Origin: the human T2T-CHM13v2.0 reference genome, Homo sapiens
NCBI RefSeq assembly: GCF_009914755.1
Contig: NC_060926.1
Reading direction: 5' to 3' (one strand)
Length of the DNA: 64,000 nt
Shown one piece after another: positions 17,999-36,345 of this stretch (positions are counted from its first letter, which is position 1; the number at the start of each line of letters is the position of its first letter). A program made the position numbers and the translations under genes. The notes beneath the pieces were generated by a model. The model worked only from the letters and a program-made list of their open reading frames with translations, made no database searches and was not told the DNA's origin.

Positions 17999-19468
17999 CT
18001 AGACACTTGGTTGCAGTTGACAGAAACCCTACTTCAGCAAGCTTAAGTAATGCAGAAATGTATTAGTCTATGTAATGGGGTAGAATGCTAAGTCGCAGCT
18101 TCAAAGAATCCGCAGCCTTGGAAACTAGGCTCATTTTCTCTATCTGGCTTCATTCTTCAGACAAGATCCCTTCATGGGGCCAAGAAGATGGCCATCCACA
18201 GCCCAGCTTCACATTCTCCCAGTTCAGAAACACCCATAAAAGACCTTCTTTCCCCCACAACCCATATATTCATATAATGTAAGGAAAAAGATGGTTATTT
18301 CTCTGGCTGGGTCATCTCGTCCCCTGGTGCTGGACATAGAGTACTATAATTGACCATCTTTGTGCCCAAGGAAATATGGGATACTGACATTGCCACCCTC
18401 CACTAAAACCACATGAAGGGCAGAGGGTTGGATTCCCAAAGGAAAAGATGGTAGGCAGGAAAAAACAGTACATATGCACCACAACAAGTGAATACACTTT
18501 TGTCTTAAGCAACTGAACTAGCAACATTGACATTGCCTGTGAACCTGCTAGAAATGCAGAACCTCAGGTTCCAGCCCCAGAATCAGATTCTGCATTTTAA
18601 GAAGATCTCAGTGCAATTTGTATACACAATAAAGTTTGAGAAGTACTTTTGTAGAAAATTACTTTAACCCTTTAAGGGCCAATAATTACATGATTTTAAC
18701 TATTTTGGATAGAAACTGTCCCTCAAAATATTTCCACATAAGTGAGTTGTTAACTATATCAACTTCCAAATGAGCAGCTTGGACATAAAGTGCTGTAGAG
18801 AAAGGCCTGGAGTGGTCAGGAGAGGTTTCTGAAGGGAGGGTAGCCTTGGCCTACAGGGAAGAAATGTTTGTACTCTGTTCAGAGGGCAGTGAGGAGCCAT
18901 GGGGCTTGAATAATGAATCCTTAGGGACAGTTGTGTCAGATTATGAAGGACAACATCTCATGCTTTGCAAAAGTGACTGGTCCCCCACTGCCTACAGGGT
19001 CAGGTTTAATGAAGGATTTGAAACAGGCTAGTAACGTGACCTGACTTGTATTTAAAAACAAACAAGCAAATAAACAAAAAACCTCTGGATGGGGTGCAGA
19101 GAATGGACTGGAAGAGGAGACCAACTAAGAAGCTGATTAAGAAGCTGTTGTAATAGTTCAGGTGAGAAAAAAAAAGTGCCTGAACTAAAGCAGTGGTCAC
19201 AACTGTAGAGAAAACGTCTGTGAGGAGTTTTATGGAGGAAGACTTGACAGCTTCATAAGAGGTCAGGAAGAAGGAGATAATGATGACATCAACATGGAAA
19301 CACAGGGGATGTAGAAGGCTGGGGAAAGGGGAAAGAAATGAGTTGTTTAGATTGTTGAGTTTGAAATGTCCACAGATAAAGATGTCCAAAGGGCACTTGA
19401 ATATATAGTAGAGCTCTAGAGACAGCTCATGGCTGCAGATACAGAAAGGTTTATTTCCATTCTGATAA

Positions 19469-19576
<108 letters not shown>

Positions 19577-19639
19577 TAAGTAAATGTGCACACCCAGTGC
19601 AATGATATGTATAAGATGTGTAGATTAAGAAATGACATT

Positions 19640-19956
19640 GATTTTATTTTATTTTATTTTATTTTTTTGAGACAGGGTCTCATTCTGTTAGCAAGGCTGG
19701 AGTGCAGTGGCACAATCTTAGCTCACTGCAGCCTCAAACTCTCCAGGCTCAGGAGATCCTCCCATCTTGGCCTCCCGAGTAGTTGGGACTGCAGGCCTGC
19801 ACCATCATGCCCGGCTAACTCTTCTTTTTTATTATTTGGAGAGACAAGGTCTCACTGTGTTGCCAAGGCTGGTCTCCAACTCCTGGGCTCAGGCGATCCT
19901 CCGGCTTTGGCCTCCCAAAATGCTAGGATTACAGGCATGAACCACCGTGCCCAGCC
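19640..19956 (-). mobile_element. AluJ
   Basis: Diverged Alu with J-type CACTGCAGCCTC/GGGCTCAGGCGATCCTCC. Confidence 0.88.
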
Positions 19957-20419
19957 TGACAGTGATTTTAAATGTGCAGTGGGAAAGTCAGTCTTCTTGC
20001 TTTATGGAAATACCTCCTATGTCACCATAGAAAGATACTAGAATCTACTTCCTCCTTTTAATGCTAACCATTTTACTTTTGCCCTTGATCCTTTTTATTG
20101 CCTTCTTCCAAGGAAATTTACTCCTTTTCCTTTATTACATCATATTGTCTCTTCTAGCTGCTATACAACTTTGTTCTTTATTATTGCCAACATCCTAGAA
20201 ACATAGTAAGTCTAAACTTACTATATCTGATTTCTTCAACTTCGTGCTTTCCTTATTTTCCTATGATCTGGCACCAGCCTTCATCATTTCTACTAAAACA
20301 GCCATTCTTAGAGGTCACTGATTATGTTCTAATATCATAATAGCAAAGATGATCATAGAGGTAGTGCCGAAATATTAACTGTTGTCAGGTGAGTAAGTGA
20401 CAGAGTTATGAGAAAACTT

Positions 20420-20728
20420 GGCCAGGCGTGGAGGCTCACGCCTGTAATCCCAGCACTTTGAGAGGCTGAGGCGGGCAGATCACCTGGAGTCAGGAGTTCA
20501 AGACCAGCCTGGCCAACATGGCAAAACCCCGTCTCTACTAAAAATACAAAAAATAGCCGGGCATGGTCGTGGGCGCCTGTAATCTCAGTTACTCAGGAGG
20601 CTGAGGCAAGAGAATCGGTTGAACCCAGGAGGCGGAGGTTGCAGTGAGCCAAGATTATGCCATTGCATTACAGCCCGGGCAACAAGAGCGAAACTCCGTC
20701 TCAAAAAATAAAAAAAAAAAAAAAGAAA
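20420..20728 (+). mobile_element. AluS
   Basis: Full Alu, TSD AGAAAACTT, ends ~45 nt before a GPATCH11 acceptor. Confidence 0.92.
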
Positions 20729-20757
20729 AGAAAACTTTATGGACTCATCTAAAATAA

Positions 20758-21111
<354 letters not shown>

Positions 21112-21815
21112 TAGGCTTTTTAGTCTATTATGTATTAACAAGCCTTATGGAGAGCTTTTCATCATCCCACATCCATTTTAGATACCACATGTGCCATCAA
21201 GAGCTGCTTATCAGCCCAGCTTAGCTGAAGGCACTAACAACCTAGATGGATGTGGCTTACAACAGAAGAAGCAAAGAATGGTGATAAGTGATGGGTTGAG
21301 AAGTGCAATGGCTAAATACATTGAAACAACACTGAGGATGATGGCAAGACTTTGCCCTGCTTGCTCTGTACCTGTGGCAGCCATCTGAATGACCGTCCAG
21401 TTGGAGAGGCTCAATTCTCACCTCTCTTTTTAGGAAGTGAAACTGCTTATTAAGCTAGAGAGGCTATATATTTATAGTAACCTCTGTAAACCGTTTTTCT
21501 TTCCTTTATCGTAATTGCTTTGCTTTCACTTAAGGCTGTCACCGTCTTGCACCAATAATATCAGTGTTGTTCCTTCTTAAAACTCCACCTTCAGGTGGCA
21601 TAGGAGGCTGTGAATCAGCCTTTTTGATGAGTAGGTATTTGAAGACAAGGTAGATAATTGATTATATATAGAATATATATAGATGTTCAGATTTCAATTT
21701 TGAATATCATTGAAACAGGAGGGCATATGCATAGAGCATTGTAAAGTTGCATACTTATACTGTTCTGTAGTTTGAGGAAAATTTTCTAAAATAGTTTGTA
21801 TTCATTCTCTTTAAG

Positions 21816-21857
21816 GGGGTGGTATTGTTGAACCAATTCCTCTCAATATCAAAACAG
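21816..21857 (+). CDS. GPATCH11: GPATCH11 exon 4 (42 nt), G-patch
   Basis: ctttaag|GGGGTGGT...AAAACAG|gtatgt; GGGIVEPIPLNIKT. Confidence 0.95.
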
Positions 21858-22077
21858 GTATGTAATTATTTTGGAGCATATTTGCCAATAATAATAACTT
21901 ACGCTTAGGTCTACCACATATATTTGCTCAATAAATACTTTTTTTTAAATGATAATACTGTTACAGTTCAGTAAAATTTTGTTAAATTTCTAAACCTCTT
22001 CAACCAGAAAAGAAATAAGTTTTAGTGAGTATGAAATAAAATTTAAACCACACGAATATGGGAAGAACAAATCATTA

Positions 22078-22695
<618 letters not shown>

Positions 22696-23046
22696 AAGTG
22701 TTCTGAGACAGATTTATCTACCAAATGTTTTGCTTAATACTTGGATGAATTCAAGAGAAAAAGATATATTTTATTCATATTTAAATAAAACTATAACAGC
22801 TAATACTGTTTTTCTGATTTGAAAAATTGTTTATAATATTACTATAAGATGAGATTAACAATCTTTGTAAAAATCAGATTATGTTTTGGGCTTAAAAAAA
22901 ACCCTAGTGTTTTCTACTATTAGTGTACTCAAATGATTTGTGAGTGATAGTACTCAAATGAGAATTGCATTTAATTTGTACATAGTTAAATCGTCTTGTT
23001 TTGAAGCACAAAGTCAGGATGTTTCTCATCAGAATTTTCTGTTTGA

Positions 23047-23172
<126 letters not shown>

Positions 23173-23267
23173 TAAAACTATTTTTGAGCTGGTTTTGGTT
23201 CTATTTCCTCTTTATTGTGGTATGTTCTCTGGTACTTGGGCATATAAAATGGTTAAAGATAACGTAG

Positions 23268-23636
<369 letters not shown>

Positions 23637-23759
23637 AAACTAAGAACTCCAAGCCCGGTTTATCTACTCATTAAAGCTTTCATGTAATGTGCACTTCTGA
23701 TCTGTGACAATTGATATAAAAATGGCTTATTATTTACTATAGTAACCTGAGTTGTCTGG

Positions 23760-23790
23760 GTTACTATAAAACCCAGGGTTTTATAGTAAC
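23760..23790. repeat. Perfect inverted repeat, 15-bp arms, 1-nt spacer
   Basis: GTTACTATAAAACCC-A-GGGTTTTATAGTAAC. Confidence 0.95.
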
Positions 23791-23996
23791 TATAGTTTTA
23801 TAGTTTTATACTAACTATAGTAAAACAAAAAGGGTTAAATAAAATTTTACATTTAATTGTTCTCTGCTTATTTGAATATCAGTTATGACTATTATGTGCA
23901 GAAATTCTGTTCTTTATAATATTTGATTAACAAGAATAGCCTATTTTCAGTTCCTATTCAGTATCTAATATATGTCTAACTATTAAAATCAGAGTG

Positions 23997-24488
<492 letters not shown>

Positions 24489-24778
24489 TTCTGTCTTTGC
24501 TTTTATCTTAGTGGTTCAAGTACTCTGAAAATAAAATGACTTCATTTGAAGTCTCAAAAAGCTTTGTAAAATTTCCCTTATATATAGATTACTGGAAGCA
24601 ATCTCTCACTTTCCTGTTCTTACATATTACTTTACTTTGAATGTATTTCATGGCACTTATGATTTTGTAGCATATATGTATTATTTTGTACCCATAGCCT
24701 ATCTTTCCTGCTAGACTGTCAGAAGGAACTTAAAGACAACTGCACAATTCTAAAGAATTGGACTTTGCATCCCCATAG

Positions 24779-25087
<309 letters not shown>

Positions 25088-25190
25088 AGTGTTTTTACTC
25101 TTAAAGCCACACTCAGTGAATACGTATTGAAAGAATGAATTCATGTTGACATGAACATATTTGTCATGCTCTTATGTTTAGTATGTTTAA

Positions 25191-25565
<375 letters not shown>

Positions 25566-25728
25566 ATTGCAGGATTACTTTACTAACCCCAAATCAAAAC
25601 TTACATATAATTTTTCCCTTTAGCTTCCATTTGTCCTCTCATCTCAGCTTCAGTTTGGATGATGAATTAGCAACAAATGTAAATTATTTTAATTTATACC
25701 TTATTTCCTGCAAAACTTCTACAAGTCA

Positions 25729-26091
<363 letters not shown>

Positions 26092-26569
26092 GGAAATGGA
26101 GATTATTCAAGAAAGGAAAACACACTCGTATGCTTACTTGAGTATAATAATTTTGTGGAAAACATTCACAATTTGAAAAACCTATATTCCACTTAATTGG
26201 GAGACCATTGATGAGAACTTTTATGGCAAAAGGAGGCCATATTCACCTTCACCTTATCTGGGGGAGGTAAATGCCTTGAAAGTAGAAAAAGCCTTTAAAG
26301 GATGCCAATTTTAATAAGGCCACCCAAAAACTATTTTCTCAATGTTAACAAGCAGTCTCCATTGTGTCTGGCAGACTTGTGGAAATCTCAGGGTGGCTAA
26401 TGAACTGTAACACATTCGAATATATCAGTTCTGTCCTTGACATTTCTAATAACTATTCCAGAGTATAGCAGAATATTTACAGCCTTGAGCTAATTCGGCA
26501 CGATCTAAGAGCCAGAAAACCAAGGTTCTGTTCAATGTAAAGTATTAATAATGTGCTTGTATCCTATAG

Positions 26570-26707
<138 letters not shown>

Positions 26708-27340
26708 TAAAGTCATTTCCCACTGACAATGGAAATTTCTTATTCCATTCAAATGGCAGTATGGGACCAATTTCTTAAATAGTGGATATAGAAATAATTG
26801 AGGCTTTATTAAAATTGCATTTAACTTTTCAGAAACTGAATGTGTGGAAGTGAATTTTTCAGTGTTTTGTTTCAAAAGAAACAATTTTAGAATAACCTGA
26901 GAGTGATGAATGTTTTGTGCTTTATTTTTAAAGATTCTTTCTTTGGCTACAGATATTTGAAAGAATTTATATTAAATTTTAGAGCTAATTTTTATATACT
27001 TAGATAGAATATTGCCCCTAAACCGTAAAAATCAGATATGTTGAAATCCATTCCTTTTTTTTTCCATTGTAAGGATAGAAATGGTTTACACTTACCAGGT
27101 GTCTTACAGAGCCAAGTGTTTCTCCTTCTAACACCTTTGCCCAAGCTACCTTTGCTAACTTGTATTTAAGAACTTTGTACTTGAGAGTGAAGCATTTTTG
27201 GTTATTGTTGTTTTTATCTTTTCTGGTTTAGCAGAATAAGTAGAAAACATCAGATCAAAAAATGCATGTTATGTTGAAATAATTTTCTAGTTTACTGTAG
27301 AAGTTGTATTAATCTTTCATTTCCCTCACATAACTTACAG

Positions 27341-27396
27341 ATAAAGAAGACCTATCTTCAAATTGTCCAGGACCAACTTCTGCAGATCATGACTAA
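27341..27396 (+). CDS. GPATCH11: GPATCH11 last coding segment, stop TAA 27394-27396
   Basis: ttacag|ATAAAGAA...; DKEDLSSNCPGPTSADHD*; summed CDS from 19517 is 792 nt = 263 aa + stop. Confidence 0.95.
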
Positions 27397-29174
27397 GATT
27401 ATTCCCAATAAAGTGGAAACTTGAAAAATGTTATTACTTCCTAGGGATAGACAATTTAGCAGTTGGAAATCTCAAATTTTTTATGCCAGTAAAGAAAGGG
27501 GGACTTTATATAATGTTTTGTTCTTTTTGTACTTTAGAATATGAATGTTCATTGACTTGAAAAAAATAATGCAATGGCATTTCAGAACACAAGTATCACA
27601 GAGATGGACAGTTACAATTTATTGCTATATTGTGATACGTGAGGGGTTTAAGGACACCAACAGGTAACTTCTTATTCCCCTCTTCACTTTGGAACAAATT
27701 GAGAAATAAGAAATGGGAGTCAGAGGAAGAGAAAAATATCCACTTTATCAGTGAATAAACTGATACAGAGAAGAAGGTTGACTTTTTCTCCAGTCAGAGA
27801 CTGTAATATTTCTCCCTGATTGGAGAGAACAGCGGGTCTCTGCCTTGTTGGGGCAGAGCCCATCTTTGCATTCTGAGACCAGTTAGCTTTCAAGGTCAGG
27901 GAAACCACCAGGGGCTGGACCACACATGCTCAGTTCCTTCTTGTATCACCCATGGGATAAGACAGTTCTCTCTTGGGAAGGAATGAATGAGGGTTCAGAG
28001 AGCTTTTTCCTACACTTCTTGCTTTGAAGGAGCAAGGAGAAGTTCCCTTCCCTCCATCCAAGCATGAAGAGGAGGGGAAAAGTATTCCCCCTCAATAAGG
28101 CTGATGTCAGAGGCAATGTTCGACCAGTACTACTAAATTCTAATCCATTTAACTGTGATAATTTCTGGTAAAATCATGAGTTTTCATGACAATGTCTATA
28201 TCCATTATATGTGATCTGTTGGAAGTTTTGGCTAGAGAAACTTAATTGTGAGGAAATTTAAATATTGTGTGATGCAAGTACTTACTGAATTTGGAAACCC
28301 CTTGATAGCATTCCCAGCAAGTGATAGTTCAACCTTTGCTTTTATTCTTCCAGCCACAGAGAACTCACTGCTTTAAAACCATTCCATTACTGGGTAGCTC
28401 TGAATTGTTTTCATTGTTTTCTCTTAAACTGAAATCTGCTTCCCTGTAATATTAATGAATACAGCTAAGGACATACCGTGTGGCATACTATGAGAGAGCT
28501 CCATCCAGGGTGAGGCATCAAAATCATGAACCTTTTTAAAAGTTCATATGCTCAGGTGTCTCTCCTAGTGATTGATTTTGATTTGTCTTGGCTAAGGTGG
28601 TTCCTGGATATCTATATATTTATTTTGAAGTCCCAAGAATGAGTGATAAGCACCTGAGGATAAGAACTAGTACTGAGGTTAAGGATGGAGCACCACCATT
28701 CTTTGGATAGAGTTGTGATCACCTGTGTGATTTTATAGCTCACCTGTTAGTTAGATTGAGCAAGAGAACAACCCCTTTTATTAGAAACAGCATACATAAG
28801 AAGATTGTAAAAATTAACCTACACTTGCTAGGGTAAGATAATCAGTAGTACAATTTGTATTAATCTCTGACCTAATATGACCTAATTCACTTTTCAAGTT
28901 TAACTTGGGGAGCTTTACAAAATAGTAATAAAAGGGTCCCATCCCAAGAGATTCTGATGCCATTAGTCACTGTGACTTGGGCATCACTGCCCTTGATTCT
29001 AAAATGCAGCCTACCTTGAGCCACTAATCTAGTTAACTTCTGGGCCTCAGTTCTTCATCCAGAAAACTAATCATTATTTTTATGAATGTAAATATGTGTA
29101 TATATATAATATTTATATGTTTGGATGCTATTGTTTAATATTTACTTTTTTGTTTTTAAAAAAATTATAAAATT

Positions 29175-29549
<375 letters not shown>

Positions 29550-30352
29550 TTACCCTTGCAATTCCAGTCAATACTGTGGTGTCATTTCAGCCAACATACC
29601 AACATTCAGTCAAATCCCAAAGCCAAATGGATAATTTCAGATGGAATGGAGTTAGACAGGAACTGGCTTCCCTTTCTCCTGTTACTATGAGGACAACCCA
29701 CACCTGCTCAGTGGCCTAAAATATTTTAAATATGTTCATGACAATTATGCTGAGAATGCCAGGATAACGCTGATGGAACCCATGACTTCACCAGGATTGT
29801 GGTCTACATTTACAGGCCTAGTACTAGAACTAGACCGGCTTAGAGAGTGGGAGATATCCCTCTGTTGTCCATCGAAAGATAAAAATACAGGCTTTCAGCC
29901 GGGTGCAGTGGTGCATGCCTTTGGTCCCAGCTACTCAGGGGGCTGAGATGGGGAATCCTTTGAGCCCAGAAGTTTGAAACCAGCCTGGGCAACATAGTGA
30001 GAGACCTCCATCTTAAGGGAATAAAAAAAAAATCAGACTTTCAATATGAGTAACAAGTTATTTTTAGGCCTTTTATGACTTTATAAATAGGCAATAATGA
30101 ACACCAAGGGAAGCAAAACACTGAAAAGAATTTTAAAATTTGTTGTAGAACATTAATACGAAATTTGAAACTGCAAAACAATGTAAAATTTAATGTCATG
30201 TTGTCATTTACTTTTGTGTATATTGTGCCATGTTTATTTTCAAAGTCCTATCTAGAAATTCTAAAATGTCTAATTTTCTTAATTAAAAATCCAGAATTCT
30301 GTAGTTTCTGAAATTCAAAATAAATACTTTAACATACCAAATTGGTTTTTCT

Positions 30353-30366
30353 AATAAACATTTATT
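30353..30366. terminator. Back-to-back poly(A) signals AATAAA-ca-TTTATT (plus: GPATCH11; minus: EIF2AK2 distal)
   Basis: AATAAA 30353-30358 (+) and TTTATT 30361-30366 (AATAAA on -), each with GT/T-rich sequence downstream on its own strand. Confidence 0.7.
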
Positions 30367-30764
30367 TCAAGTGTTATTTGTTAAACATTTAATTGTTGAG
30401 ATTTGAAAATGAACATTATTATTTATTAGACACATTTTATAGGCTCATTCAAAATTCTTAACTTTTGAGTTCCTGCTTTCTTCACAGCAGTGCACTCACT
30501 ACTTTCTGGTATACAAGAAGAACAGCTTGTCCCCACTCTTACAGTGTAATGAAATTAGCAGTATAATGAAGAAAAGTGCTGTGTAGGAATGACTGAGCTC
30601 TAAGACAAACTGGTAAGAACAATTAGGTACTAAACAATGGGAGTACTAGGGAGAAGATTCATTTTGAGTGGGAGATGTTGGAACACTTTGGAAATAACAC
30701 TGAATTTGGGTTCTGAAAGATGGATATAATTTTGATATGCAAAGTTATGAGGAAAGAGTTACTG

Positions 30765-31275
30765 TATAATCCAGCCATTCTCCTAGGAATATACATCCAA
30801 GAGAAATGAAAACAAGTCCACATAAGATTTGTACACAAAAGTTCATAGTAGCATTATTCATGGTAGCCAAAAAGTACAAACAACCCAAATGTCCATCAGC
30901 TGATGAATGGATACATAAAATGCGACATATCCATATGATAGAATATTATTTGGCAATAAAAAGGAATGAGATGCTGATTCATGCCACAGCTGGGATGCAC
31001 CTTGAAAATATACTCAGTGAAAAAGACCACATGTATGATTCCATTTATATGAAATGTCTAGCATGGGCAAATCTATAGAGATGGAGAGTAGATTAGTGGT
31101 TACCTAGAGTTGTGAGAAAACAGAGTGAATACTAACGGGCATAGGGTTTCTTTTGGGGGTGAGAAAAATGATAGTTGCACAACTCTGAATATAGTAAACA
31201 CTACTGAATTGTATACTGTATAGGTGAATTGTGTGGCATGTGAATTATATCTCAATAAAGCAGTTATTAAAAAAA
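30765..31275 (+). mobile_element. L1MB-type 3' end
   Basis: Degenerate ORF2 C-terminus (KQPKCPSADEWIHKM) and L1M 3'UTR ending CTCAATAAAGCAGTT-A-rich. Confidence 0.8.
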
Positions 31276-33102
31276 AAATGAAGAGAATTTCAGATAGAAA
31301 CCACAGGAGAGAGCCACTGAGTGCAAAAGCCTGTTGAGGTAAAACTGCAGACCTGCATGGGTGGGGCTTACTCGGGAAACACTGAATATGGGATGCATCA
31401 TGGAAGCCTCCAGAGGAGCATGGCCTTGCCCAGTGAACTGCAGCCCAGTGAATCTCATTTTAGACTTCTGGCCTCCAGAACAGAAAGAGAATAAATGTGT
31501 GTTGTTTTAAACCACCAAGTTTGTGGTAATTTGTTAGTTATAGCAGCCATAAGAAATTAATACAGGTCCAAATCAAATTAACCCCATAAGAGCCACACAG
31601 ATTTGAGAAGCATTTTATTTGCCTCACAGTTTTGCCTATTATACAGTTTCTAGTTATTTAGAATTTAAGCCACTAATGTCACCATATAACTATCAACTGT
31701 GATTCCCTTCATCTATGACTATTTTTAAGAAATGTAAGATTTGGATAAGTCATAATCACAGATCAGAAACTGCAGACATTGAGGCCTGGATGGCTGTTTA
31801 GAGAGAAAGAGTTAACATTTCAGTGGAGACCTTTCCTATCTTGTATTTCCTACAGTCTCCTCCTATCTTCAGTGCAGTGTTCTGGCAGCACCTCAAGCTC
31901 ACTGTCACCAAATGGGATTCAACGTCTTTCCTCCCAAACATGCTCTACCTCACCATGTCGATAGATGTACAGTCGCCCCACTACTGGCTTAAATTCTAAA
32001 TTACTGAAAACCATGTAACAGGTAAAAGTGTGAGACAAAGTACCCCTCAAATACATGTGGCTCTTGGGGTTCATCTGACTGAGACTTGTATTTACTTGAA
32101 TGGCATCAGAATCCTGCTACTAACCTTCTAACAAACTTGGAGGTAATCTTTGATGCTTACCTTTCCTTAATCCCCACATCCAATTAGTTGCCAACTCCTC
32201 TTGGTTCTGTCCTCTTATTGTTCAGGCCCTCTTAGTCTTTCCACTTCTGACCTTTCAAATATAGTTTCCTCCTGCTCTATTCTAAACATGCTAGTTTCAA
32301 AGTATTGGTTGGGCCATACCTTGCTTTAAAGAAATACTCATTTGTCAACTTTGGAGGTTGCTAGGGCACTAACTCACTCTAAAATTTGATAAATATTTAT
32401 CGCATCTTTCCCATTCAGATTTAGAGAAAGTTCCTTAAAGAAGAATCATAGATGATAAATGCAAGAGGTTTGATAGAACCAGAAAATCACTATTTTACAA
32501 CCCCTGAAATGAAATAATGGATCCAGGCAACAATTATCAATAGCTGCTAAAACCATCAGGTGAAAGATTGATGAGAAACTTTGTAGTAGTTGGTACCACC
32601 AGAACTCATTGATCAATATTAAAATCACTGAAAGTGGAACAATCAGACATCATGTTCCTCCTGAAATGATGTAAGAGAAAGTGTATAGCATCACCTATGG
32701 AGTATTCTTGGGGGAAAATAAATGAACCAGGATCAAATCCAGCTTCTAGGTCTAACTGGACACTCTGGGGATACTCTCAGTCAAATCCTGAGTGGAGGAA
32801 ATTCCACAGGACAAATAAAAGCCGAAAAGAACTAAAACGCAGGGGTAAATTTTACAGAGTAAAGGAGACACATCAACCAAATGCAATGTTGGATCTAGAT
32901 TTCAACAACCAAGAAAACTGTATTTTTGAGATAGAAACAATACAGACTATTATATGATAATTAAGGAAATCTTGTCAATTTTTTGAGTGTGACAATGATG
33001 CTGTGGTTTTGTTAAAAAGATTTATCTGCTAGAGATACATTTTAAAGTACTTACAAGTGCAATGATGTAACACCTGAGATTTACTTTAAAATATTCCAGT
33101 AG

Positions 33103-33383
33103 GGCCGGATATTGTAATCCCAGCAGTTTGGAAGACCAAGGCAGGAGAATCTCTCAAGGCCAGGAGTTTGAGACCAGCCTGGGAAACACAGCAAGACCAT
33201 ATTTCTACAAAAAATTTAAAAATTAGTTGGGTGTGTTGGTGTATGCATGTAGTCCCAGCTATTCAAGCGGCTGAGGCAGGAGGATCACTTGAGCCTAGGA
33301 GTTCGAGGTTACAAGGAGCTGTGATCGTACCACTGTACTCTGGCCTGGGTGACAGAGTGAGATCCTGTCTCTTAAAAAAAAAA
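33103..33383 (+). mobile_element. AluJ
   Basis: Diverged Alu. Confidence 0.85.
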
Positions 33384-34135
33384 TTACAATTAAATACTTC
33401 ACCAAAAGAAACAAACAAAAAGTAAGGGGTTAGATGTATTAAGAACGGTAAAGTATTGATATTTGTTGCAGCTGGGTGATGGGTAGAGTTTCATTATTCT
33501 ATTTTTGTGTATGTTTGAACATCAAGAAATGTATGAATAATATTGAAATTATTCAATATTCCATAATGAAAAGTTAACATGCCAAGAATCTCAAATTATG
33601 GTGAACACTCAGTGGGGACTGCATATTGTGAGTTATGTCTCTAGTTAGTTAACAGATAGTAGAGACCTGGAAAAGCTTGTATGTAGCCTTTTAAACATTT
33701 CTTCTCAGATACATACATGCATATATATGTATTATATAAAATACATATTCATACACATATGTGCACACACACAGGATGGCTTCATGGACATGCAACCTGT
33801 GCAGTTGCACAAGACTGTGCTTAGAAGCACCCCACACCTAATTTTTGAACGAGGGCCGTACAGTTTCATTTTGCCCTTAGTCCCACAAATTATGTAGCTG
33901 GCCATACACACACATGCACACATACCACATACCCACATGTATATATGCATATATTGTGTACATATGTATATACATTGAATATATTTAACATAAGTGTTAA
34001 GTATGCATGTGAATTTTATGTATGTATTTATGTTAAACATGTACGTATTTAAATAACATGTGGTTTAGTGATAAAAATTCCCTAAAAGGTATGTTTCTAG
34101 GGAGGCAATTATATTAAAATGGCTCTCAAAATTTC

Positions 34136-34157
34136 TGTGTGTGTGTGTGTGTGTGTG
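34136..34157. repeat. (TG)11 microsatellite
   Basis: Perfect dinucleotide run. Confidence 0.95.
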
Positions 34158-34309
34158 CATTTTAATTAGCAAATAAGGTCCCAGGCTCTTGCCCCTGTCC
34201 TCCTCTGAGTAAGAGGATACTTTTTACTTTAATTTTGAGGCCAAGAAAATATATACTCACAAATCAAAAGAAGTTGCTAAGAAATGCTATATTCATTTAA
34301 TAAGAGTAG

Positions 34310-34631
<322 letters not shown>

Positions 34632-34988
34632 TAGGAATATTAAAATGAGGTCAGTAAAGATAAGGCTACATTCTCACTAACTGGCCACATCATTTAGTGT
34701 TTCTTTTGAATATAGCCTCATTAATCAAAACCAGATATTGTTTTTTTAAAAAAAGATTTCTCTCTACGCAGAACATTTCCAAATCTACAGAAAAGTTCAA
34801 AGAATAATACAACAAACACCTGTGTACTGTCATCTAGATTTACCAATTGTACAATGGCTAATATTTTGCCACATGTGTGCCCTCTTTCTCTCTCCATGTT
34901 GATTTTTGCTGAACATTGAAAGTTGCAGACATCATGACACACTTGGCCTCTAAATGTTTGTGCATGCATTGCCTAAAAAAACATTTTT

Positions 34989-35751
<763 letters not shown>

Positions 35752-36345
35752 TTTTGTCTTTTTAAATATCCAGAATACAATAAAGATTCAAACATTGCAT
35801 TTGGTCATTGTATCTTACAAGTCTCTCCCCTTTTTTTTTTTTTCATGACACTGACTTTTTGAGAAGCCCAAGTCAATCATCTTATAGAATGACTACATTC
35901 AGGATTTGTCTAATAATTTCCTCATGATTAAATTCCAGTTTAACACTTTGTGCAAGAAAACTAAATAGGTAAAATTCTTAAGTCACATCAGGAGGGGCAT
36001 AATGTTAGGGTGTTCCACCTTGGGTGATGCTAAATTGAATCACTTGGTTATTGTGGTGACCATTGTAAAGGTACATTTTCCCCTGTATAATTGATACCTC
36101 TTCTGTAGGATTATATTTAAATCCTTGTAGAAGATCCTATTCCACAATAGCTTTTCATCCAATAGTTTTAGCATCTATTGATGAACGTTACGTGAAAAAT
36201 CTATGAACTGCTCTTTATGAACACTTTTTAAAGCCTTTATAAAACTATTTTCTCTTACTGTATTTTCACTTTTTGCTTAACCTAAATTTGGCCCTTTTTA
36301 AAAATCCTAAAATCATATGGCAGTTTTAGAATGGTAGCTGGTTGC

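Noticed and set aside
21120-21640. Non-repetitive-looking intron stretch with 65-67 aa ORFs on both strands and a TGATGA box
   Set aside because: No recognisable protein, no poly(A)/TSD of a retrocopy, no matching D box with terminal stem for a snoRNA; cannot support a call without a search
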